64,000 nt of DNA from an uncultured Eubacteriales bacterium (GCA_900548855.1 URMF01000005.1:2724-66723); one strand, 5' to 3'. Shown: positions 8,634 through 17,800, counted from the first letter of the stretch. The notes: generated by a model from the letters alone, not told the origin. Numbers and translations: made by a program.

Positions 8634-8783
8634 CTATTTCGCCTGTTTATTATTTAACTGTTGTAGCATTTCTTCTAATACATCCGTTATATCTTTTACA
8701 TCGTTATTATATATTGCATCCTCTGCCTGGGAAACCTCCAGACATGGCTTAAACTTTCTTACTTCCTCATCGAAATTAATCAT
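8634..8783 (-). CDS. Small acidic ORF (49 aa), hypothetical
   Basis: Below the track threshold; my translation is MINFDEEVRKFKPCLEVSQAEDAIYNNDVKDITDVLEEMLQQLNNKQAK. The ATG is preceded by TAGGAGtatagat. The stop lies 3 nt before the zinc-ribbon/TPR start. Confidence 0.35.
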   Translation of the reverse strand: MINFDEEVRKFKPCLEVSQAEDAIYNNDVKDITDVLEEMLQQLNNKQAK

Positions 8784-8785
8784 AT

Positions 8786-10123
8786 CTATACTCCTAAACT
8801 AAGCAGATTACCCGCCAGATATAGTGAGCCTACACAAAATAAATACTGTTCCTTAACATGGCTTTTTCCATAAGTAAAGCCTGCTCTTATATCATCATAG
8901 GTGGTAATCTTACTACCCGAAAAACGTCTAAATGCTGCTTCTACTGTCTCTAACTCCGCCGCTCTGCTTCCCTCATACCTTACGAGTATAATTTCCTCAA
9001 AAGAAATCCGGCACAGCCTCTGAATCATACGGTCATAATCCTTGTCCTTTGAGACAGCAAATAATAAAATCTTTTGTTCCTTAGGGAACAACATTTCCAA
9101 AGTTTTGCAAAATGCTTCAATTGCTTCTTCATTATGTGCACCATCTATGTAGATATGCTCTGCAACACATTCCATTCTGCAAGGCCAGACCATGTTCCAC
9201 AGTCCTGCCCTTATACTAAATATATCTTTATCTGTTAATCTGCAATGAACATCAAAAGCTTCCTTCTGTGTTACATCACAAATACTGTTTGTCATGTTCA
9301 ATAGTTCATATGCCTTTACCGCAAGCATTGCATTCTCAACCTGGTAAAGCGCTGTCTTTCTGATTTTTAAATCATTATATTCATAATAACCACTATTGAA
9401 AGAAAAATCAATGACTTTTTCCGTAATTTTTGATATTTTATACTGAGAATTTTCGACAATATATAATTGTGCTCCCATTTTTTTACAAAAACTGGAAATT
9501 ACTTCCGTTGCTTCATCCCTGCGGTCATAAAAAACCACCGGAATACCCTGCTTAATAATACCTGCCTTCTCTGCTGCAATCTCTTCAATGGTATTACCTA
9601 GAAACTGCATATGGTCCAATGCCACTGAGGTTATAACTGCAACTGCCGGTTCCACCACGTTTGTTGCATCCAGTCTTCCACCCATCCCAGTCTCAAAAAT
9701 AACGCAGTCTACGTTCTGTTTCCGGAAGTAGAGCGCCGCCATCAAAAACATCAACTCAAAGAAAGAAGGATGGGAGATGTTTTTCTGTTTTGCAAGCCGA
9801 ACATACTCCATTGTCTCCTCAAATACTTCCACAAAGGCTTCATCTGAAATAATATCGTGGTTTATGCGAATACGCTCATTTATCCTTACTAAATGTGGAG
9901 AGGTAAATAATCCCGCCCTTCTTCCAGACTGCTCTAAAACAGACGCCAAAAAAGAGCAGGTAGAACCTTTTCCATTCGTACCTGCCACATGGATAACCGG
10001 GTAACTGCGTTCCGGATGATTCATGATATCCAATATTCTGTTTAAATTATCCGTTCCCAGCTTTGAGGCAAATAAGGGAACGGATAATATATAATCTACA
10101 CACTCCTGATACGTCATAAGCAT
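8786..10123 (-). CDS. folC: Folylpolyglutamate synthase / dihydrofolate synthase
   Basis: 445 aa Mur-ligase-family protein with the P-loop HVAGTNGKGST and overall FolC layout. Confidence 0.85.
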   Translation of the reverse strand: MLMTYQECVDYILSVPLFASKLGTDNLNRILDIMNHPERSYPVIHVAGTNGKGSTCSFLASVLEQSGRRAGLFTSPHLVRINERIRINHDIISDEAFVEVFEETMEYVRLAKQKNISHPSFFELMFLMAALYFRKQNVDCVIFETGMGGRLDATNVVEPAVAVITSVALDHMQFLGNTIEEIAAEKAGIIKQGIPVVFYDRRDEATEVISSFCKKMGAQLYIVENSQYKISKITEKVIDFSFNSGYYEYNDLKIRKTALYQVENAMLAVKAYELLNMTNSICDVTQKEAFDVHCRLTDKDIFSIRAGLWNMVWPCRMECVAEHIYIDGAHNEEAIEAFCKTLEMLFPKEQKILLFAVSKDKDYDRMIQRLCRISFEEIILVRYEGSRAAELETVEAAFRRFSGSKITTYDDIRAGFTYGKSHVKEQYLFCVGSLYLAGNLLSLGV

Positions 10124-10142
10124 CCCCGCTCTTTTTGGTTTT

Positions 10143-10640
10143 TTATCTGTTATCTACTTTCTCAGGATACAAATCATGATTTGCCAGCCGGTTCCAGGCA
10201 ACCTCTTCCCATTTTGTTCCAGGCTTTCCATAGTTACAATATGGGTCAATGGAAATTCCGCCTCTCGGTGTAAATTTTCCCCACACCTCAATGTATTTTG
10301 GCTCCATCAGCTTGATTAAATCCTTCATGATAATATTCACACAATCCTCATGGAAATCTCCATGATTCCGGAAGCTGAATAAATATAATTTTAAGGATTT
10401 GGATTCCACCATAAGCTTCCCCGGGACATAGGAGATATAAATGGTGGCAAAATCCGGCTGTCCGGTAATGGGGCACAGGGAGGTAAATTCCGGACAATTA
10501 AACTTTACAAAATAATCGTTATCCGGATGCTTATTTAAAAAGGTTTCCAAAATCTCCGGCGCATAATCCTGTGGGTATTTTGTACCCTGGTTTCCCAATA
10601 AGGTTACCCCTTCCAGTTCTTTTCCTTCTCTTCCGCTCAT
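10143..10640 (-). CDS. queF: NADPH-dependent 7-cyano-7-deazaguanine (preQ0) reductase
   Basis: 165 aa unimodular QueF. It has the catalytic Cys motif [23 protein letters not shown] and the QueF motif [20 protein letters not shown]. Confidence 0.9.
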   Translation of the reverse strand: MSGREGKELEGVTLLGNQGTKYPQDYAPEILETFLNKHPDNDYFVKFNCPEFTSLCPITGQPDFATIYISYVPGKLMVESKSLKLYLFSFRNHGDFHEDCVNIIMKDLIKLMEPKYIEVWGKFTPRGGISIDPYCNYGKPGTKWEEVAWNRLANHDLYPEKVDNR

Positions 10641-10727
10641 CTCTAAAATCTCCTTCCAGATAACAGACCCTGCTTTTCAATAAATACTATCAGCACATCA
10701 CTTCCATTTACATGTATGTGCCAGATT

Positions 10728-10756
10728 AGTATAGTATGAAATATGCAAAATTGCAA
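10728..10756 (-). promoter_or_regulatory. Sigma-A-type promoter candidate for queF
   Basis: Minus strand: TTGCAA, then a 17 nt spacer, then TATACT. It lies ~85 nt upstream of the queF ATG. Confidence 0.45.
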
Positions 10757-10804
10757 CCACACGATTCAGAAAAAACTGTTTCAATAACTGTCTTTGTATA
10801 TCTT

Positions 10805-12889
10805 TTACACCTCCTTGATAATGTTTTTACTTCCTGCATAGGTTGCCCAAAAATATCCTCCGTAAATCACTATCAGGCACACCACGGTTGCCACAACGGA
10901 CGGCAGCATGGTTTTCGGCTTCACTGCCACAGATGCAAGCTGCAGGGCAAACTGTATTCCAAACACTGAATGTATAACCGCCAGCACTAACGGCATTAAA
11001 AAGAAAATGGCAATCTGCTTAAATAAGGTTTGGTTAAGCATATCCTCATCTACTCCGATTTTTCGGAGTATCATGTATCTCTGCCTGTTATCTGAATTTT
11101 CGGTAAGCTCCTTCAGGGCTAAAATGGCAGAGCTTGTAAGCAGAAAGATAACACCTAAATAAATAGCAATAAAGGTAATAACCGTACCGATTCCGCTGCT
11201 GGATTCAATAATAGAAAGCTTTGTCATACCGTCCAGCTGGATTCCCTTTTCTACAATATTGGAGATAAGCTCGGATTCCTCCCCTTCTCCAAAAGCGCTG
11301 TAATTGGTAAAACAGCCCTCTATCCTCTCCTTTTCCTCTTTCGTGTCTGCATTATAGTTGGCAATCAGACAATATCTTTCCTTCATCTCTTCCGTAAGAC
11401 CACAGCTGTCCGGAACCAGTATGATTCCCACATTGGTATGGCTGGTTGACATCATGATAAAGCCGGACTGGCATTGCTTATACTTGGAAATATATTCCTT
11501 CCCTGCAATGGTAATCCGGTCGTCCTTCAAAAGCGCCCTGTCACGGATATTTTTCATGCTTTCAAAATCACATAGTACAATATACTCATTATCCTTCAGC
11601 TCATACTGCTGTAATCCGTATAATTCTGCAATCCTGTTGTAATCCGATATTTTTATAATTGTTTCTGCCGTATCATATAAAAGATTGGGATACTCCTTTT
11701 TCACTTCATCATATATACTGCTTAGGGAATCCTTCCATGTCAGGTCATTGGTGGCATAGGTATCCACCTCCACCACATCCTTTAACAGGCTCATGTCAAA
11801 GCCGTTATTTTTTAAGGTATCACTAATCCTTACCCTGGAATCCGCAATCTGCTCCTCTGTATAATCATCCACCTCCGGCAGGTTTGCAGTTTTATATAAA
11901 TTGATATCCACCGGCGTCATTTCCTCCAAATCCTGCGTCAGAACATAATTTAGGGATAGTGCAGAGGATAACACCGATATCGTCATAAAAAGCAGCAGAC
12001 AGATTACCGTCATGGTGGCTACCATGGTATTAATTTTATTATGAAGCTGCCGCAGTACAAATAGATTCGTGCCCTTTAAATAAATTTTTCTACTGGACTG
12101 TACAATTTTTAAAACAAAACCAGACAGAGACCAAAAAATCAAAAATGTGGCTGCTACACCCATGGCGATGGGCTTTGATAATTTTTCCATCGAATTTATA
12201 GTGCCAGCACCACCTGTTACCAGGTAATACGCATATCCCAGCATACCTGCCGATGCTAAAAATACCACAAAGCACAAAACAGGATTTTTCATTTTCACCC
12301 TTTCATTTTTTTTGATTGCAGTCAGCAAATCTATGAGTTTATATTTTGAAATCATCACTGTATTAAACAGCATAACCGCAATGTACATCACTCCGAAATA
12401 CAGGCAGGTCTTTAAGGCTGCCGCCTTTGAAAACACAAACTCGTATTTACTCATATCTGCCTTAAACAGCTTCGCCACTAAAATTGACATCAGCTGTGAA
12501 CCGAATACGCCAATCAGCATGCCAACCACCAGCGACAACAGCCCCACAAAAATGGTTTCAATCAGTAGAATTTTTGATATCTGCCATTTTCCCATTCCAA
12601 GGGTCATATAAAGGCCAAATTCCTTCTTTCTCCTCTTAATCAAAAAATTGTTCGCATATATAATCAAAAATCCAAGTACAACTGCCACAAATACCGATAC
12701 CCCGGCTATCATCTGCACCATCAGCTTTATAATTTCTCTTGTAGAACCGTTTACCGCAAGCATCGCCTCCTGGCTGTCCAGAGAGTTGAACATGTAAAAA
12801 ACGGCAACACCTATAATCAGTGTCAAAAAATACACCACATAGTCCTTCATGCTCTTTCTTATATTCTTAACCGAAAGCTTAAATAACAT
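10805..12889 (-). CDS. BceB-type (FtsX-domain, ~10 TM) ABC transporter permease of the peptide-antibiotic sensing/resistance type
   Basis: 694 aa. A large non-hydrophobic domain (~aa 320-560) sits between two blocks of TM helices, and FtsX-like repeats occur at both ends. It overlaps the upstream ATPase gene by 11 nt. Confidence 0.8.
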   Translation of the reverse strand: MLFKLSVKNIRKSMKDYVVYFLTLIIGVAVFYMFNSLDSQEAMLAVNGSTREIIKLMVQMIAGVSVFVAVVLGFLIIYANNFLIKRRKKEFGLYMTLGMGKWQISKILLIETIFVGLLSLVVGMLIGVFGSQLMSILVAKLFKADMSKYEFVFSKAAALKTCLYFGVMYIAVMLFNTVMISKYKLIDLLTAIKKNERVKMKNPVLCFVVFLASAGMLGYAYYLVTGGAGTINSMEKLSKPIAMGVAATFLIFWSLSGFVLKIVQSSRKIYLKGTNLFVLRQLHNKINTMVATMTVICLLLFMTISVLSSALSLNYVLTQDLEEMTPVDINLYKTANLPEVDDYTEEQIADSRVRISDTLKNNGFDMSLLKDVVEVDTYATNDLTWKDSLSSIYDEVKKEYPNLLYDTAETIIKISDYNRIAELYGLQQYELKDNEYIVLCDFESMKNIRDRALLKDDRITIAGKEYISKYKQCQSGFIMMSTSHTNVGIILVPDSCGLTEEMKERYCLIANYNADTKEEKERIEGCFTNYSAFGEGEESELISNIVEKGIQLDGMTKLSIIESSSGIGTVITFIAIYLGVIFLLTSSAILALKELTENSDNRQRYMILRKIGVDEDMLNQTLFKQIAIFFLMPLVLAVIHSVFGIQFALQLASVAVKPKTMLPSVVATVVCLIVIYGGYFWATYAGSKNIIKEV

Positions 12890-13646
12890 CGTTCAATTCA
12901 CCTCCAAGAAGCGTGACAATCTCTATAATCTTTTCAAAAAACTGTTTTCTCGTATCACTGCCCTTTACAATCTCATTAAAAATCAGTCCGTCCTTGATGA
13001 ACAAAATCCGCTCTGCATAGCTTGCGGTAAAGGCATCATGGGTTACCATTAAAATGGTGGCACCGAGCTTTTCATTTAATGTCTCAAAGCTCTCCAAAAG
13101 CTGCCTTGCAGATTTGGAATCCAATGCTCCGGTAGGCTCATCCGCTAGAACAAGCTTCGGATTGGTAATGATGGCTCTTGCTGATGCAATTCTCTGCTTC
13201 TGCCCGCCGGATACCTGATAGGGATATTTGTTAAGGATATCTATAATTTCCAGCTTCTTTGCAATCTCCTTGACCTTCTGGTCAATCTCCACAGGATTCA
13301 TCTTCTGAATTGTAAGTGCCAGCGCAATATTATCGTAAGCCGTCAGCGTATCTAACAGGTTGAAGTCCTGGAAAATAAATCCCAGCTCCTCCCTGCGGAA
13401 TTTGTTCAGCCGTTTTCCTTTAAGCTTCGTAATATCCTCATCATTAATTAAGATATGCCCTGCTGTCACCCGGTCAATCGTGGAAATGCAGTTCAAAAGC
13501 GTAGTCTTTCCGCTTCCACTGGCTCCCATAATTCCCACAAATTCACCCTCGTCTACATTGAAGCTGATGTTGTCAATGGCTTTTGTCAGATTTGATTTAT
13601 TTCCATAATATTTTTCAATTTGTTTTACTTCCAATATGTGTTCCAT
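12879..13646 (-). CDS. BceA/MacB-type ABC transporter ATP-binding protein
   Basis: Walker A GASGSGKTTLLN, signature VSGGQKQRIASARA and Walker B LVLADEPTGALD. The start is set at ATG 13646 (MEHILEVKQ...), which follows GAAAGGGAAAC. The track start at 13670 has no better support. Confidence 0.9.
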   Translation of the reverse strand: MEHILEVKQIEKYYGNKSNLTKAIDNISFNVDEGEFVGIMGASGSGKTTLLNCISTIDRVTAGHILINDEDITKLKGKRLNKFRREELGFIFQDFNLLDTLTAYDNIALALTIQKMNPVEIDQKVKEIAKKLEIIDILNKYPYQVSGGQKQRIASARAIITNPKLVLADEPTGALDSKSARQLLESFETLNEKLGATILMVTHDAFTASYAERILFIKDGLIFNEIVKGSDTRKQFFEKIIEIVTLLGGELNDVI

Positions 13647-13732
13647 TTTGTTTCCCTTTCTACTTTGCAATTATCTGTCTTCATTATAATCCAGCTGGAA
13701 ATGCAGGACAACCTTCCGGTTATCTCCCACCG

Positions 13733-13855
13733 CTATGTCCGGCTGTCATAATGCATTACCCGTTTTCTTTTTCCCGTAAACAGCAATATAAAGAAAATGA
13801 TAACTACACATTTTACAGCCATCCAGCCTTTCCTGTTTTTCTTCTTATGGTTCAT
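13733..13855 (-). CDS. Possible 40 aa single-TM peptide upstream of the BceAB-type operon
   Basis: My translation is MNHKKKNRKGWMAVKCVVIIFFILLFTGKRKRVMHYDSRT. A strong AAGGAGGgaagcggtt lies before the ATG. A basic-hydrophobic-basic layout is the only other support. Confidence 0.3.
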   Translation of the reverse strand: MNHKKKNRKGWMAVKCVVIIFFILLFTGKRKRVMHYDSRT

Positions 13856-14432
13856 AACCGCTTCCCTCCTTATGCAGTATTTTTCCATTACAATCCGTAG
13901 CGAATTGCTTTATCTGCATAATAGTCTTTTGAAGGATTATGTGCCATTGATGTAGCTTACATTTCGCTTACGATTTCGTAAGGTTGGGGGAGTTTTATGT
14001 TTTCAGAAATTTTCATAACTTGTCAGATGCCCTAATTATGGGTACATACCCCGTTTGGCCATTCAGGTATAAGCAATATGACATAAAATATTTGATAACA
14101 GTTCCGGCTCGGTATCTACATTTATCGCTTGTTTCTGCAACTTTTCCCACATTATACTCATACTAGGTATCCTAACCATTGCGCTCTGCCAGATTGATTC
14201 GATTCAGCTTCGTCTATAAGCTAAGCTGAGGCAAGATTGGTCATTCCCTTTCAACCATGTATCTGCTTACTAATTCATCAAAGTCATAAATGACATTTTC
14301 TTGAACGTCCTTCAGCCCTTCGTTTACAAAACCACGGATTTCCTATCTTATCTGCTCATCTGATGAATATAAAATTTTTACAAATTATACACAATATTGT
14401 TTAATAATAATACAAATTTGGCTATTCATATT

Positions 14433-14477
14433 AAAAACTGGTTATCTATCCAAAAAACTGGTTATCTATCCAAAAAA
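14433..14477 (+). repeat. Perfect tandem direct repeat, 2 x 20 bp (AAAAACTGGTTATCTATCCA) plus a 5 bp partial third unit
   Basis: Read directly: unit 1 is 14433-14452, unit 2 is 14453-14472, followed by AAAAA. A related half-site (TGGCTATTCATA) lies at ~14419-14430. The repeat ends 72 nt upstream of the ATG at 14545 and 28 nt upstream of a TAATAT box (14501-14506) that has no good -35. Confidence 0.9.
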
Positions 14478-14544
14478 TAGCTCTTCTCTTATTCATATGC
14501 TAATATAGCTTCATAAACTAAATTACAATAAAGGAGCAATGATA

Positions 14545-15465
14545 ATGAGTGATTTTTCTGTCAATTATGGCATACTAACAAAAGAAGTTAACGAGATTAA
14601 TTTGAGACAAAAAGAATTGCTTGCCGAAAAGCAACGCATTGAAGGCATAGAAAAATCGCTTTGTCAAATGATTGTTTATAACAGTGTATGTGCAACACTG
14701 AAAACTGTTATTTCTGAATTAGAAACAGAACTAGATAATATCAAAAAACTTAGCCACACACTTAATTGTATTAGTACATACTATAAGAATACAGAAAATG
14801 CAATATATAACAATCAGTCAAACGAATCCATTTCAAATTCCACAAACGACAGCACAAATAATAATAATGATGATAATTTCGCTGAACAATTCGATAAACT
14901 TATGGAATCTGTTAATAATTACATGCACGCCTTCGAAAGTAAATACGATGATATAATTCAGGCAATTCAAGATGCAAATGAAATAGATGGTGTTGTTGCT
15001 ATTGGCTTATCAGGGAGTCTTGGTACCGGTCTCTATTTATGTGGTTCAGTGCAATTAGTAGTAGACATGGATGGTAACATAGGTTTACAATTTTCTGGAG
15101 GCACAGGCGGAGAGGTTGGGGCATCTGCAGATGGCACAGCTTATGTGGCAGTTTATCCTGGTATGGAAAGTATATATGATGTAGAAGGATTCGGTACAGA
15201 TATAGGTGGTAGTTTTGGAGAAGGACTAATAGGCAGCACTGGTCTTCTATCAGCCGGGGAAGGAAATGACATGAAACCAGTAGGCGGTTATGCAGGAATC
15301 GGTATCGGCGGGGAAGGAACTATAGCAGAAGGACATGTCTCAATGTCCCAAACATTTCCAACCATACCATTAGGCAACATATATACGAATAAAATAGACG
15401 CAATCACTAACACATGGGACATGACATATAATACATGGGAAGCTATATACCATAGAAGCCACTAA
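14545..15465 (+). CDS. Hypothetical protein with a helical N-terminal region, an Asn-rich linker and a Gly-rich C-terminal domain
   Basis: The track ORF starts at 14539; ATG 14545 (MSDFSVNYG...) has better spacing to AAAGGAG. Residues ~1-95 look like an alpha-helical coiled coil. The linker reads NNQSNESISNSTNDSTNNNNDDN. The C-terminal half is rich in G-x-G (GLSGSLGTGLYLCG...GGTGGEVGASADG...IGGSFGEGLIGSTGLLSAGEG...GIGIGGEG). No signal peptide or recognisable enzymatic motif is present. Confidence 0.6.
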   Translation: MSDFSVNYGILTKEVNEINLRQKELLAEKQRIEGIEKSLCQMIVYNSVCATLKTVISELETELDNIKKLSHTLNCISTYYKNTENAIYNNQSNESISNSTNDSTNNNNDDNFAEQFDKLMESVNNYMHAFESKYDDIIQAIQDANEIDGVVAIGLSGSLGTGLYLCGSVQLVVDMDGNIGLQFSGGTGGEVGASADGTAYVAVYPGMESIYDVEGFGTDIGGSFGEGLIGSTGLLSAGEGNDMKPVGGYAGIGIGGEGTIAEGHVSMSQTFPTIPLGNIYTNKIDAITNTWDMTYNTWEAIYHRSH

Positions 15466-15497
15466 TTTTATTATAGTATCAGAAGAAAGGTATTAAT

Positions 15498-15908
15498 ATG
15501 ATTAATTATGTTATTACATTGGGATTTGGGGGCATTTTTTTTACTGCATGGTGTGCACTATGCATTTCTAAATATAAAAAATGGAGTAACAAAAGAAAAA
15601 AATGCAAAAAACAACTATCTGTTCAAGTAATTGAAATACTAGAAAAAAAAACAGCGCGAGGTGGCATGATATATAAACCAATATTCAAAACAAATGAAAA
15701 TACCAACTATATTATTGATTCAGCATTCTATTCCTCACTCGTTTCCTTTGAAATTGGACAACATATTATATTACTAGTGAACCCCGAAAATCCAAAAGAT
15801 TTCTTATATAAAGACAATGCCTACAACAAGGGAATCATCGTTGATGTTTTATGTTGTTGTCTTCCTTGCATATTCTTGCTTGGCATACTCTTAGCAATAA
15901 TATTATAA
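15498..15908 (+). CDS. DUF3592-like two-TM membrane protein
   Basis: 136 aa with the layout TM helix, beta-rich middle (MIYKPIFKTNENTNYIID...EIGQHIILLVNPENPKDFLY), Cys-rich TM helix. The Y-x-P...G-x-x-I-x-V-x-x-[DN]PxNP pattern matches my memory of DUF3592. An RBS (GAAGAAAGG) is present. Confidence 0.55.
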   Translation: MINYVITLGFGGIFFTAWCALCISKYKKWSNKRKKCKKQLSVQVIEILEKKTARGGMIYKPIFKTNENTNYIIDSAFYSSLVSFEIGQHIILLVNPENPKDFLYKDNAYNKGIIVDVLCCCLPCIFLLGILLAIIL

Positions 15909-15965
15909 CTGCATACACAATCCCCAGAAACTGAAGTTGTCAGTTCTTTACCGATAATTATAAAA

Positions 15966-16012
15966 AAGCTTAGCGAAAATTTCTAAATGACTTTCGCCAA
16001 GCTTTATTTTAC
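15966..16012 (+). terminator. Rho-independent terminator after the 14.5-15.9 kb cassette
   Basis: AAGCTTAGCGAAA / TTTCGCCAAGCTT forms a 13 bp stem with one mismatch and a 13 nt loop. It is followed by TATTTTACTTTT. Confidence 0.6.
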
Positions 16013-16155
16013 TTTTACAATTACCTTCTTTTCATAACACCCATATGCAGTCTATCAACAACAAAGTCACCATTTGCATACAGATATTTATACAAGACAT
16101 CATGATTCCCTTTCTACATTATGGATTTATTTTCTATAACTTCCGTACATGCACC

Positions 16156-17775
16156 CTATAAAATATCTAAAAGTCCCTTCAGTCCCTGTTCCTCATAAAT
16201 ACCCTTATAGTACTGTACTTCATCCTGTATCAGTGAATCTATCACCTTCATACCCAGCAGTTCCACCGGAGCCTTATCATCTGTCATAATATACGCTCCC
16301 GCTTCATATGTGGTACAGTTATTTTTCACCTGCGCCATCAGCTCCTTTAACTGCGCATCGTCAAGGGTTTCCATGTTCCGTTCCATCACACCCAGCATTG
16401 CACCGTTATCTGATGCAAACAACTCACGGTTTGTGCTTCCCTTTACATCCACGGTTTCTACACAATCAAAAACAGAGGCGATGGTATCGGAAAGATACTG
16501 GTTGATATTTCCCTCTTCCGTTCCCCGCATATTCATGTTCACTACCATGACTCCGTTTTCATTCAAATGCTCTTTCACCAGCGTAAAAAATTCCACGGAG
16601 GACATCTGGAAGGGAATCGTAATGTCCTGGTAAGCATCTACCATAATCACGTCATAGGTTCTGTCATCTGCATTAAGATATGCCCTTCCGTCATAGGAGG
16701 TTACCCTGACACTATCCGGCAGTGCAAAATACTCTCTGGAAAGCCCGATAATCTTATCATCAATCTCCACCCCCTCTACCGACATATCCCCAAAGAATTT
16801 TTTACACTGGGTTGCATAGGTTCCGGTTCCCATCCCCAATATGAGGACATCCATTTCCTCCGGTTTTTTATCCGCAACCATAAGCGGAGCCGCCATTGCG
16901 TAGTCATAGTACATGCCGGTGAGCCCCTCCTGCTTCATATAGACAGACTGGACGCCAAACAGCACATTTGTGGAAAGAATCACCCGGTTGTCGTCCTCCT
17001 TCACCTGCAGGTAATTGTAAACCGACTCTCCTTCATATGTCAGGTCATTTTCCCAGAAGGCAAAGGAATTGGAATATCCAAAAGTACAGCACAGGACAAA
17101 TGCCAATACTGCCGCTACGACTCGCTTGATTCCTCTTTTTGCATTTACAAAATATACCACCGCCAGCAAAAGCAGAATCCCGGCAAATATCAGAAATGTC
17201 ACAGAGGTTCCCACCGAAGGAATTGTGACAAAGGTTGGCATAAATGTTCCGATAATGCTTCCGATGGTATTATATGCACCCAATGTACCCACAACCTTGC
17301 CGCTCTCTTCCAGGTTTTCCACGGAGTATTTTGCCAGAGATGGCGTAACCGTTCCAAGCAGAAACAGGGGAAATACAAAGATAACCATACAGGCGGCAAA
17401 TGCTGCAATAATTAAAAAGTTGCTGTTGACTGTAAAAACCAGTACTGCCGAAATCCCCAGTATGATATATTTGCCGGCCACAGGAATCAGTGCAATCCAG
17501 ATTGCGGCAATTAGAATCCGCCTGTACAGCTTGTCCGGATTCGGGTCCTTGTCGGCACTTTTTCCACCGTATATATTTCCCAGCGCCATAGCAATCATAA
17601 TCGTACCGATGATAATCGTCCAGACAATCTGGGAAGAGCTGAAATAAGGCGCCAGCAGCCTGCTCGCTCCCAGCTCCACTGCCATTACAGACATACCGGA
17701 AAAAAACTCCGTCAGATATAAAAATAATTTATTATTCAGTATTTTTGCTTTTTCCATATGCTTACTCCTATCCAT
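16156..17775 (-). CDS. Fused multi-TM / spermidine-synthase-like (class I SAM-dependent aminopropyltransferase fold) protein
   Basis: 539 aa. The N-terminal ~220 aa are polytopic membrane. The C-terminal domain has DVLILGMGTGTYA, VEGVEIDDKII and DVIMVDAYQD motifs typical of SpeE-like enzymes. Confidence 0.7.
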   Translation of the reverse strand: MDRSKHMEKAKILNNKLFLYLTEFFSGMSVMAVELGASRLLAPYFSSSQIVWTIIIGTIMIAMALGNIYGGKSADKDPNPDKLYRRILIAAIWIALIPVAGKYIILGISAVLVFTVNSNFLIIAAFAACMVIFVFPLFLLGTVTPSLAKYSVENLEESGKVVGTLGAYNTIGSIIGTFMPTFVTIPSVGTSVTFLIFAGILLLLAVVYFVNAKRGIKRVVAAVLAFVLCCTFGYSNSFAFWENDLTYEGESVYNYLQVKEDDNRVILSTNVLFGVQSVYMKQEGLTGMYYDYAMAAPLMVADKKPEEMDVLILGMGTGTYATQCKKFFGDMSVEGVEIDDKIIGLSREYFALPDSVRVTSYDGRAYLNADDRTYDVIMVDAYQDITIPFQMSSVEFFTLVKEHLNENGVMVVNMNMRGTEEGNINQYLSDTIASVFDCVETVDVKGSTNRELFASDNGAMLGVMERNMETLDDAQLKELMAQVKNNCTTYEAGAYIMTDDKAPVELLGMKVIDSLIQDEVQYYKGIYEEQGLKGLLDIL

Positions 17776-17800
17776 TTTCTTTTGATAATATAGTACATCA

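Noticed and set aside
10641-10727. Possible preQ1 riboswitch in the ~85 nt queF leader. It contains GCACAT-N17-ATGTGC and CAGGGTCTGTTATCTGG just before the RBS.
   Set aside because: I could not fit either the preQ1-I consensus (short P1 stem, conserved loop, A-rich tail ending near the SD) or the preQ1-II/III features. There is no A-rich tail. A covariance-model scan would be needed; by eye it is not supported.
14433-14477. Tandem 20-bp repeats considered as a CRISPR array.
   Set aside because: The units are directly adjacent with no spacers and there are only 2.25 copies. No cas genes or leader-like context are present.
16567-17415. 282 aa plus-strand ORF (and 17069-17647, 192 aa) antisense to the spermidine-synthase-like gene.
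   Set aside because: It is fully embedded antisense to a well-supported gene. The translation is low-complexity and His/Cys/Arg-rich with no RBS or motif. This is typical of a shadow ORF.
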